Below, one piece after another: positions 1 through 7,216 of a stretch of 13,223 nucleotides of DNA (its first letter is position 1; each line of letters starts with the position of its first letter). The notes under the pieces are model-generated. The model was not told the DNA's origin. It saw only the letters and a program-made list of their open reading frames with translations, and ran no database searches. This DNA is from Candidatus Poribacteria bacterium (lineage in GTDB: Bacteria; Poribacteria; WGA-4E; UBA9662), in NCBI GenBank assembly GCA_036339735.1, contig JAYZAL010000103.1, positions 1-13,223 of the forward strand, read 5' to 3'. The translations under genes were made by a program, and so were the position numbers.

Positions 1-130
1 GTAGGCAACTATAGATTATATCTATAACAGAAAGCGAAAACTTCATCAACTCCTTCAAATAGGATAAATGTTCATTTTTGGCTAGCACTTCTTTCTTTTT
101 CACACTGCTAAGTAACAAGTATCTCAACAT
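1..130 (-). CDS. Possible partial ORF of unknown function running off the left edge
   Basis: One minus-strand frame has no stop from 223 to the window edge. First ATG at 130 gives MLRYLLLSSVKKKEVLAKNEHLSYLKELMKFSLSVIDIIYSCL...; a second in-frame ATG at 46 has AAGGAG (55..50) only 3 nt upstream. No recognisable motif, so it may be chance. Confidence 0.2.
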   Translation of the reverse strand, partial: MLRYLLLSSVKKKEVLAKNEHLSYLKELMKFSLSVIDIIYSCL

Positions 131-183
131 CAAACGAATGAGTACACCGGATTTCAGCGTTGGTGCGTAAGAATCGACTTGGC

Positions 184-222
184 TTTTCCGACTCTTGCTA
201 CCTAGTTTAGAGAGTAGGAAAA
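184..222. repeat. Inverted repeat / stem-loop downstream of the dehydrogenase gene
   Basis: TTTTCCGACTCT (184-195) pairs with AGAGTAGGAAAA (211-222), 11/12 complementary, 15-nt loop. No U-tract follows the stem on either strand, so it is not a classical intrinsic terminator. Confidence 0.4.
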
Positions 223-421
223 ACTATATACATCTTGTTACTGAAAGAAAGTTTCAAATCAACCTAAAATGTTTAGTGCGATTTCTCAAAACATGATGAT
301 TAGAAAATCCAGCTACAAAAATGACGGAGTATACACGAATTATTAAGCAACAAATGATGAACTATTCAATATGTGTAAAAAACAAGTAGGATAGGTAATT
401 ACAGACTAACTTCCAGCTTGA

Positions 422-1423
422 TTACCATTCAAAGACGATTCCGATGCTATCGGACCGATCTTGATTTAACTGTTGGTAAACTTGGCTTGCTTGACTAGGA
501 TTGTAACGATGTGTTATCAAGCCTGCAACTTTCATTTGCTTTCGTTTAAGATAGCGTAGGAATAATCTCTGTTGACGAATTGGTGTCCAGTACGAATGAC
601 TGGGTGGTAATGATTCGTTGTGAGTGCCAATCAGACGAATCTGCCGCGTCAGTAAATCGGGTGTTAAGTGCTGTTTAGATGGGTGAGGACTGTCTCCCAA
701 AAGTATTACCGTACCGTATTGCTTCGCTAATGGTAACGCTAAAGGCAATACAGAGAAATGGCCAGTGGCGTCGTAAACGGTATCTGCCAAACGACCGTCG
801 GTGTATTCTAAAACGAAGTCTCTAGCGTTGGCAGCACTGCCTTGAAATCCAGCAGTAGCGCCGAGGGCCAAGGCTAAGTCAATTCGGCTAGATACCTGAT
901 CAACTACCAAAATTTCGCTTAATCCTAACAATCGAAGATATTGGGTTACCAATTGTCCGATCGGGCCTAAGCCAATTACTAGTGCGGTGTCTCCCATTGC
1001 ATGCTCGGCTTGCCTGACAGCAGTTTGTGTAATGGTCGCTAATTTGCTCCAGACTGCCTCATCATCACTGACTTCCATGGGCACTTTTACCACCTGATCA
1101 GATGGAATTGGTAAGTTTGCATACTCTCGATGTGAAGTCGTATGGAAAATTCGGTCACCTATACTAATATTTTCTACTTCTACTCCTACTTTGATTACTT
1201 CTCCTACACAACTGTAACCAGGAAAAAATGGATATTTAACCCACCCGTGCCAGTGGCTACCTACCTCAGAATCAGCTTTGTAACACGCTAGTTCTGTTCC
1301 CATACTCATCAACGTTACGCGAGTTCGTATCATAAATTCGCCTGGGCCAGGTTCATCAGGCAAATCGATTTCGATTAATTCAGCTTGTTCTTTATCTGTA
1401 AAAATGATGGTTTTAGATTTCAA
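422..1423 (-). CDS. Medium-chain dehydrogenase/reductase (zinc-binding alcohol dehydrogenase superfamily, GTE/GYS subgroup), probably NAD-dependent; substrate unknown
   Basis: 333 aa. GroES-like N-terminal domain with SMGTEL and PGYSCVGEV in place of the usual C-x-S-D / GHE motifs; no four-Cys structural Zn lobe. Rossmann motif GLGPIG followed by acidic VVD; C-terminal LITHRY. TTG start with AAGAGGA Shine-Dalgarno about 5 nt upstream. Confidence 0.9.
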   Translation of the reverse strand: MKSKTIIFTDKEQAELIEIDLPDEPGPGEFMIRTRVTLMSMGTELACYKADSEVGSHWHGWVKYPFFPGYSCVGEVIKVGVEVENISIGDRIFHTTSHREYANLPIPSDQVVKVPMEVSDDEAVWSKLATITQTAVRQAEHAMGDTALVIGLGPIGQLVTQYLRLLGLSEILVVDQVSSRIDLALALGATAGFQGSAANARDFVLEYTDGRLADTVYDATGHFSVLPLALPLAKQYGTVILLGDSPHPSKQHLTPDLLTRQIRLIGTHNESLPPSHSYWTPIRQQRLFLRYLKRKQMKVAGLITHRYNPSQASQVYQQLNQDRSDSIGIVFEW

Positions 1424-1534
1424 AATTTCCTCTTGTTACTTTAATTGCGAGTTTAAAATATATTTCTTAGGCGCAGTTTAGTTATATACCAATTCAAATC
1501 TAAGCAAATTCCCACGGATCAAAGTCAAATACAG

Positions 1535-1548
1535 TATTTCTAGAAATA
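1535..1548. promoter_or_regulatory. Perfect 14-bp palindrome, candidate operator upstream of the dehydrogenase
   Basis: TATTTCTAGAAATA is its own reverse complement. It lies in the 215-nt gap between the ABC gene stop and the dehydrogenase start, next to a minus-strand TTGACT (1528..1523). Confidence 0.35.
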
Positions 1549-1638
1549 GATGTACCGCTTCAACTGGAGTGCCTAACCCTAAAGTCCTGATCATTTTGAC
1601 ATCTAAAATATAAACTAGGGACAAATTGTATGAAAAGT

Positions 1639-3999
1639 TTAAACGGCCCGAATCTGCGACAGCTCAGTCTGTTTTTGACATAAGCCCGCATATATACCAT
1701 CCATAGCTAGTAACTCATCATGTGTACCAAATTCTTCAATTTTACCGTGATCCAAAATCAATAAACGGTCTGAGTACTTCAAAGTTGAAAGTCTGTGAGC
1801 AATGGCAAAAACGGTTCTACCTTGGACTAAGCGCTCCAAAGCTTCCTGTATTTTGGATTCGGTCTCTGTATCCACTGAGGATGTAGCTTCATCCAAAATC
1901 AATATGCTCGGATTTTTTAAAATCGCTCGTGCGATCGAGATACGCTGACGCTCTCCGCCAGATACGCGCGTACCCCGCTCACCAACCACAGTATCATAAC
2001 CATCAGGGAATTGGACAATGAAATCATGAGCATTGGCAGCCTTCGCGGCCGAAATAATCTCGTGTGGCAAAGCATTTGGTCGGCTGTAGCTAATGTTCTC
2101 CGCAACCGAACCTTTAAATAGAAAAGGTTCTTGTAGGACCACACCAATATGACTGCGCAGCGATTCGATTGAAATGTCGCGAATGTCGCAACCATCTAGC
2201 AGTATTTGCCCGCTGTTAACATCATAAAACCGAGTTATCAAATTGATTAGTGTACTTTTACCTGCTCCACTATGCCCAGCCAAACCGATCATTTCACCTG
2301 GCTTAACGTGAAAACTAACAGTATCTAGGGCATTCGCTTCACCATCATACGAAAATACTACATCTTTGAATTCAATTTCTCCTCTAATATTTCGGAGATC
2401 AGTTGTCTCTGTTTTATCAGCTACATCAGGCACCGTATCTAGTAACTCGAATACCCTCTCAGCTGAGGTTGCCGCCCGTATAAACCGCTCGTTCATATGG
2501 GCTAATTCTCTCACGGGGCCAATAAATTGCCACATGTAGCTGATAAACATCGTCAACTCACCAATGGTAAATTTTTGCTGTCCGGATTCGTCGACCTCTA
2601 AAATTTCTAGGCCACCAAACAGCCAGACGAGGTAAATGCCTAAAGTCATTAGAAAATGCATGGTGGGGTGATAAAAAGCACCGATTTTACTAACTGCTAA
2701 GCCACCTTCTAGAGCATGCTGGCTACGCTCGTTAAAACGCTCCACCTCGTCGTTTTCACGCCCGAAGACTTTGACAACCCGAACACCAGGTATAGTGCTA
2801 GCTAGTATGGAACTGATTTTTTCTATTCGACGCCAAACAATACGGTGAAATCTTCCGTATATCTTGCCGATCAAGAAAGTCAAAGTGACTAACAATGGAA
2901 TAGTCCACATAGACAAGATGGATAGTTGCCAATTTTTCCACAGCACAATACAAGCCATCCCAACAACCATGATACTAGAACGCACCATCGATTGTAACCC
3001 GTCGGTGACAAAATCTTGTAGACGATCTACATCATGAGTCATACGAGCCATGATATGTCCTGTGTCTTTCTTATGATAATAATCTATGGACAAAGTGTTG
3101 AGGTGTTGATAAGCCTGTGTCCGTAGGTCATGAGTTATATGCTGACCTGCCCAAGACATGATGTAACTACGCACAGCCCCGAAAACACTGGTGATTATCG
3201 TAATGCCAAACATCAAACCAACCCAAAGGAACAGGTTAGCCTTGAATTCAGCTGGAACAGATTGTTGATTATTAATCGCACTAGTGGCTGGAACCAACAC
3301 GTCATCCATCAACCTTTGATTGATTAGGGGAGGTACTAGACCAATAGTTGTTAGCACTATCATCATACAAAAACCGATGGTTAATGGCTTCCAGTGTGGA
3401 ATAGCATACTTCAACAAACGGGATAATACTTTCCCTTTATCGATACATGCTGTACAAATCTCTGACCAATGTGGTATGGCTTGCCCACATTGGCCACACC
3501 GAGTTTTTCGACCTTTGTCTGATCGGCCGGCATTGGCTTTCTGAATTTGTTCGTCTTTAGAAGGGATTAGCTCCTCAATTTTGAATTTGGCTTCACTAAA
3601 TTTGTCTGATTGCCGTTTGGAGTATCTAGCCAATTCAAAACCTTGATCAGACGTTCGTACTTTCAGAATATTTGATCCATGCAACTTCAAAATTTCAACT
3701 TGTTCTATCTGGGCCAGGTTTACTTCTTTGATTTGGTAATCTGGAGCACCATTACGTTGAGCTGCAAAGAGACTCGTTTGGGTGACTAATAGCCAATCTT
3801 CGCCGTAGTCGCCGCTGAAGTGCATATCAGTCGCCAAGGCAACTTCCAAAGATGAGTTCTGAATTTCAGGTGCAACTAAAGATTGGATCTGGTCGGGTAT
3901 TTCTTCAACAAGTAATTGTTTGTTTTCGTTAGAGATAGTCGTAGTTTTTGGATGTTTTTGTTTCTTTTTCGCAGAACGCCCATTTTTTGACTGACTCAT
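1639..3999 (-). CDS. ABC exporter, fused permease + ATP-binding protein (MsbA/MdlB-like) with ~190-aa N-terminal extension including a Cys4 zinc ribbon
   Basis: 786 aa. Hydrophobic TM domain from about aa 205. Walker A GHSGAGKST, Q-loop VLQEPFLF, signature VSGGERQR, Walker B/D-loop ILILDEATSSVD, H-loop IAHRLST. C168-x2-C-x10-C-x2-C185 precedes the TM domain. Confidence 0.95.
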   Translation of the reverse strand: MSQSKNGRSAKKKQKHPKTTTISNENKQLLVEEIPDQIQSLVAPEIQNSSLEVALATDMHFSGDYGEDWLLVTQTSLFAAQRNGAPDYQIKEVNLAQIEQVEILKLHGSNILKVRTSDQGFELARYSKRQSDKFSEAKFKIEELIPSKDEQIQKANAGRSDKGRKTRCGQCGQAIPHWSEICTACIDKGKVLSRLLKYAIPHWKPLTIGFCMMIVLTTIGLVPPLINQRLMDDVLVPATSAINNQQSVPAEFKANLFLWVGLMFGITIITSVFGAVRSYIMSWAGQHITHDLRTQAYQHLNTLSIDYYHKKDTGHIMARMTHDVDRLQDFVTDGLQSMVRSSIMVVGMACIVLWKNWQLSILSMWTIPLLVTLTFLIGKIYGRFHRIVWRRIEKISSILASTIPGVRVVKVFGRENDEVERFNERSQHALEGGLAVSKIGAFYHPTMHFLMTLGIYLVWLFGGLEILEVDESGQQKFTIGELTMFISYMWQFIGPVRELAHMNERFIRAATSAERVFELLDTVPDVADKTETTDLRNIRGEIEFKDVVFSYDGEANALDTVSFHVKPGEMIGLAGHSGAGKSTLINLITRFYDVNSGQILLDGCDIRDISIESLRSHIGVVLQEPFLFKGSVAENISYSRPNALPHEIISAAKAANAHDFIVQFPDGYDTVVGERGTRVSGGERQRISIARAILKNPSILILDEATSSVDTETESKIQEALERLVQGRTVFAIAHRLSTLKYSDRLLILDHGKIEEFGTHDELLAMDGIYAGLCQKQTELSQIRAV

Positions 4000-4149
4000 A
4001 CTTTTTGGTGAGACCTCGCCTCTTTGTTTAGTAGTTATCTAACAAGACAAAAGCGGCGTAGATTTATACAGATCCATTCAGATCGCCAAATTGTCATGTA
4101 AACTGAAATGCGCTAAATTCTTTCACAGCTTATCAAATTACTCGCCTAA

Positions 4150-4178
4150 TTGACAAGAAAAATAGGGCAAGTTATAAT
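4150..4178 (+). promoter_or_regulatory. Consensus sigma70-type promoter for the helicase gene
   Basis: TTGACA (4150-4155), 17-nt spacer, TATAAT (4173-4178): 12/12 consensus match with optimal spacing, 9 nt before ATG 4188. Confidence 0.9.
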
Positions 4179-4187
4179 CTTTTTTGT

Positions 4188-6518
4188 ATGATATACAAAG
4201 GTTTAAACCTCGATTCTTTCCAGACAGAAGCTATTCACGCTATCAATCGTCAAAAGTCAGTCATAGTCAGCGCACCAACTGGTGCTGGAAAAACTATTAT
4301 CGCTGAATATGCTGTTGAGCAATGTGTTGGAAGGAATCAACGAATCATCTATACTACACCAATCAAAGCACTCAGCAACCAAAAATATCGGGATTTTGTC
4401 AACCTGTACGGAGACCAAGTTGGTATTGTTACTGGTGATGTGGTGATTAACCAATTTGCACCCGTTCTTTTTATGACGACCGAGATTTTTCGCAATACAA
4501 TCTTTGATGATATATCTCGTCTCGGTGACGTTTCTTATGTGATTTTTGACGAAGTTCATTTTATAAATGATAGTGCTCGTGGGACGGTCTGGGAAGAAAG
4601 TTTAATTTTTGCACCTCAGCACATTAAGTTTGTCTGTCTTAGTGCTACGATTTCCAACATCGATCAATTCTCTGGTTGGATGAACGAAATTCGTGATATA
4701 CCCATCTCGGTCATTGAAGAAAACCGACGACCTGTTCCACTCAAGCATTCGCTTTATATTCAGGGATATGGTTTGGGTAATATCAGTGATTTGCAAAAAG
4801 CAAAGCTTGACAGTACGTATCTTGACAGGTCGGGTGTGAGAAAATATCGCCCCGAGACTTCTGTTAGGGGGTTGGTCAACTACGTGGTCGAGAAAGACCA
4901 ATTACCGTGTCTCTATTTTTGCTTTAGTAGGAAACGGTGTGAGGTCAATGCACAGCAGTACGCTTCAGGTGATTATTTTGTCAATACGAATCTACGCAAG
5001 AAGATTTTGGCTCAATTTGATAAATTATGCCGAGACTTCAACATTTACTCTACACCTAATGTGAATGACTTTCGCAGGTTAATACGTAACGGTGTTGCAT
5101 ATCACCATGCTGGTATGTTGCCAACCTTGAAGGAAGTTGTTGAAAGGTTGTTTGCATCCGGCTTGATTCAGTTGCTTTTTACTACCGAAACATTTGCAGT
5201 TGGGATCAATATGCCTGCTTGTACCGTCATTTTTGATAGCTTAGAAAAGTATGATGGTGTGAGCTTCCGTTACCTGAAAGCGCAAGAATATCACCAGATG
5301 GCTGGAAGAGCCGGACGACGCGGCATCGATGAAATTGGCTATACCTACGCGACTGTTGACCCTCAGTTTTCTGATCTCGATCAAATTGAAACAACTACGT
5401 TAGGTAATATTGAACCCATTAGGAGTCAGTTCAACTTATCTTATAATAGTATTCTCAACTTATGTAGTAAATATCAGGGAAAGATCTACGAAGTTTGCAC
5501 TCAAAGCCTAAGTAACTACCAAAACGTAGAGCGTATTCAAAAAATTGATCAAAAGTTAAATCATACCCTGCAACGGCAGCAAAATCTTGCCGCGCCGAGT
5601 TGTATTCATGGGAAAGAACCGAACAAACAGATTGCAAGTTATATTGATCTTGTTATTCAGGCTGATGAGCGGTACCAAGAGTTGAAGAAAAAAGAAAGAG
5701 GAATCCGGCGTCGGGAAAGAGGAAGAAAACGACAAGGTATTCGTCGCAAGCGATTAGCTCGCCTAAATAGGGATCGAAGTTTGATCACACATCAACTGAC
5801 GGAAAATTTGTGTCATGATTGTGACTTCAAATCACCTTGCAAGAAGCTATATCAAAAAGGACAGCAGTTTGACCAAAAATCCAGTACCTTGAGGTCTGAG
5901 CGAGAAAATGTCAGTTCGTATCAAAAAAAGCAGATCCAGCTTCGCATCGGCATTTTGAGAAAGTTAGGCTACATAGATGAATATCGATTACTGGCACGTG
6001 GACAAGTTGCAGCGCAGATTAATGGTTACGAAATACAGATTACTGAATTACTATTTTCTGGCCTATTTGAAGAGTTAAGCGAAGATGAAATCAACGTTCT
6101 AATAACCGCAATCGTTTGTGAGCGTCGGAAAGACAGATTGTCATACGTTAAAATCAAAGATAAAAAGATCCGTCAACTACTAGGTGCTGCTGACCAAGTA
6201 TTAAGTCGTGTGCGAACCATTGAGTTTGAATTTGGTGTTCTTGATCCTCTACCACGTTTAGAAACAGTTCTCAGTGCTTCTATTTGGTCGTGGAGCCGTG
6301 GTTGTAAATTTGAAACGCTCAAAGAACTCGCAGACTTATCGGACGGGGATTTCGTCCGTACATTTCGTATGGTTATCGATCTACTTCGCCAAATGAAAAG
6401 GGCTTTCAAAGAGCACCTTCCTTTAAATCAGAAGTTAGAAAATTGCATTGAAAAAATCAACAGGGATGTGGTTAATGCTGAACGCCAATTACGTATTGGT
6501 GAGGATTTAGCTAGTTAA
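4188..6518 (+). CDS. helY: Ski2-like superfamily 2 DEAD/DEAH-box RNA helicase (HelY type) with C-terminal DSHCT domain
   Basis: 776 aa. Motif I APTGAGKT, Ia YTTPIKALSNQKY, II DEVH, III SAT, IV FCFSRKRC, HHAG, V TETFAVGINMPA, VI QMAGRAGRRG. C-terminal WSRG...DGDFVRTFRMVIDLLRQ is typical of DSHCT. Confidence 0.92.
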   Translation: MIYKGLNLDSFQTEAIHAINRQKSVIVSAPTGAGKTIIAEYAVEQCVGRNQRIIYTTPIKALSNQKYRDFVNLYGDQVGIVTGDVVINQFAPVLFMTTEIFRNTIFDDISRLGDVSYVIFDEVHFINDSARGTVWEESLIFAPQHIKFVCLSATISNIDQFSGWMNEIRDIPISVIEENRRPVPLKHSLYIQGYGLGNISDLQKAKLDSTYLDRSGVRKYRPETSVRGLVNYVVEKDQLPCLYFCFSRKRCEVNAQQYASGDYFVNTNLRKKILAQFDKLCRDFNIYSTPNVNDFRRLIRNGVAYHHAGMLPTLKEVVERLFASGLIQLLFTTETFAVGINMPACTVIFDSLEKYDGVSFRYLKAQEYHQMAGRAGRRGIDEIGYTYATVDPQFSDLDQIETTTLGNIEPIRSQFNLSYNSILNLCSKYQGKIYEVCTQSLSNYQNVERIQKIDQKLNHTLQRQQNLAAPSCIHGKEPNKQIASYIDLVIQADERYQELKKKERGIRRRERGRKRQGIRRKRLARLNRDRSLITHQLTENLCHDCDFKSPCKKLYQKGQQFDQKSSTLRSERENVSSYQKKQIQLRIGILRKLGYIDEYRLLARGQVAAQINGYEIQITELLFSGLFEELSEDEINVLITAIVCERRKDRLSYVKIKDKKIRQLLGAADQVLSRVRTIEFEFGVLDPLPRLETVLSASIWSWSRGCKFETLKELADLSDGDFVRTFRMVIDLLRQMKRAFKEHLPLNQKLENCIEKINRDVVNAERQLRIGEDLAS

Positions 6519-6587
6519 TTCATCTTGATTCAATTAATTGATCGATATGAAAGAAGCCGATATTAGACAGTCGTTTATTGAAAAACC

Positions 6588-6616
6588 TTGCGTGGTTTTT
6601 ATCTTTCCATTAAAAT
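6588..6616 (+). promoter_or_regulatory. Sigma70-like promoter P1 upstream of the GNAT gene
   Basis: TTGCGT (6588-6593), 17 nt, TAAAAT (6611-6616). Confidence 0.55.
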
Positions 6617-6649
6617 GTAGAGCGGGTGTCCGTATTTAGCAAGAAGTAT

Positions 6650-6678
6650 TTGCCAAGTTTAGACAACACCTATAAAAT
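6650..6678 (+). promoter_or_regulatory. Sigma70-like promoter P2 upstream of the GNAT gene
   Basis: TTGCCA (6650-6655), 17 nt, TAAAAT (6673-6678); 10/12 consensus, 19 nt before ATG 6698. Confidence 0.65.
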
Positions 6679-6697
6679 AAATGGATAGCTAACAGAT

Positions 6698-7177
6698 ATG
6701 GCAGAACAAGAGTTTGAAGTAGTTGCGAAACTCCGTATTCGTCAAGCCAAATTAGAAGACGCAAAGGACTTACAGGCTTATTGCTTCCCTGACCAACAAC
6801 TGAAAGCCGTTACTGAATCTTTAGTACATGATCTTGATCAGGAAAAAGATAAGAGTATAGTTCGGTTAGTAGCAGATGCAAGTGGTTATGCTGTCGGTCA
6901 AATTCGGATTGAGAGAAAATCTTCTGAAGATTCAGTTGGCAAATTGGCCGATCTATTGGTTGCGCTGCCGTTTCGTGTATTTGGTGTTTCGGGCAGGCTA
7001 ATCGAAATGGCAGAACAAGTCGGGAGCAAAATTGGGTTAACAAAGTTGAAAATTGATATCCCTGAGTCTGAGGCGGCTATCATTGAAGCCTACGAGCGCT
7101 GGGGATTCAAACAAAGCCCTATGGTTACCTTAGAAAAAGAAATTCAGACTTCAACCAAAACTATGGATAAAAAGTAG
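6698..7177 (+). CDS. GNAT family N-acetyltransferase
   Basis: 159 aa. N-terminal IRQAKLED, beta hairpin LVADASGYAVGQI, motif A-like LLVALPFRVFGVSGRLI, motif B-like AIIEAYERWGF. Confidence 0.85.
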   Translation: MAEQEFEVVAKLRIRQAKLEDAKDLQAYCFPDQQLKAVTESLVHDLDQEKDKSIVRLVADASGYAVGQIRIERKSSEDSVGKLADLLVALPFRVFGVSGRLIEMAEQVGSKIGLTKLKIDIPESEAAIIEAYERWGFKQSPMVTLEKEIQTSTKTMDKK

Positions 7178-7183
7178 ACTAAA

Positions 7184-7205
7184 TAGCCGAAGCCATGCTC
7201 GGCTA
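7184..7205. other. GC-rich intergenic stem-loop between the GNAT and HEAT lipoprotein genes
   Basis: TAGCCGA (7184-7190) / TCGGCTA (7199-7205) perfect 7-bp stem, extendable with AGC/GCT around a CAT loop. No U-tract follows on the + strand; a broken T-rich tail follows on the - strand. Confidence 0.55.
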
Positions 7206-7216
7206 ACAAAAGAGTA

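Noticed and set aside
10..26. AT-rich palindromes TATAGAT-TAT-ATCTATA (10-26) and TCAATTAATTGA (6530-6541)
   Set aside because: Short and very AT-rich, plausible by chance, with no supporting context.
422..1423. Bacteriochlorophyll synthesis enzyme BchC or photosynthesis link
   Set aside because: The MDR subgroup is broad and no photosynthesis genes are present, so the substrate cannot be assigned.
1917..3544. Short ORFs 1917-2195(-), 3130-3327(+) and 3320-3544(+)
   Set aside because: They lie wholly within the ABC exporter gene in alternative or antisense frames and have no recognisable motifs; shadow ORFs.
4188..6518. Helicase as an anti-phage defence component (e.g. Hachiman HamB or another Ski2-like defence helicase)
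   Set aside because: Motifs and the DSHCT-type C-terminus fit housekeeping HelY, and no nuclease, methylase or other defence gene is adjacent.
6625..6670. Possible structured RNA or riboswitch in the P1 leader (GGTGTC...GACAACACC)
   Set aside because: Pairing is short and interrupted, resembles no riboswitch I recognise, and the region is explained by promoter P2.
4257..7083. Minus-strand ORFs 4257-4559, 4602-4901, 5455-5637, 6173-6409, 6810-7043 and 6898-7083
   Set aside because: Antisense to the well-supported helicase and GNAT genes, with no protein-family features.
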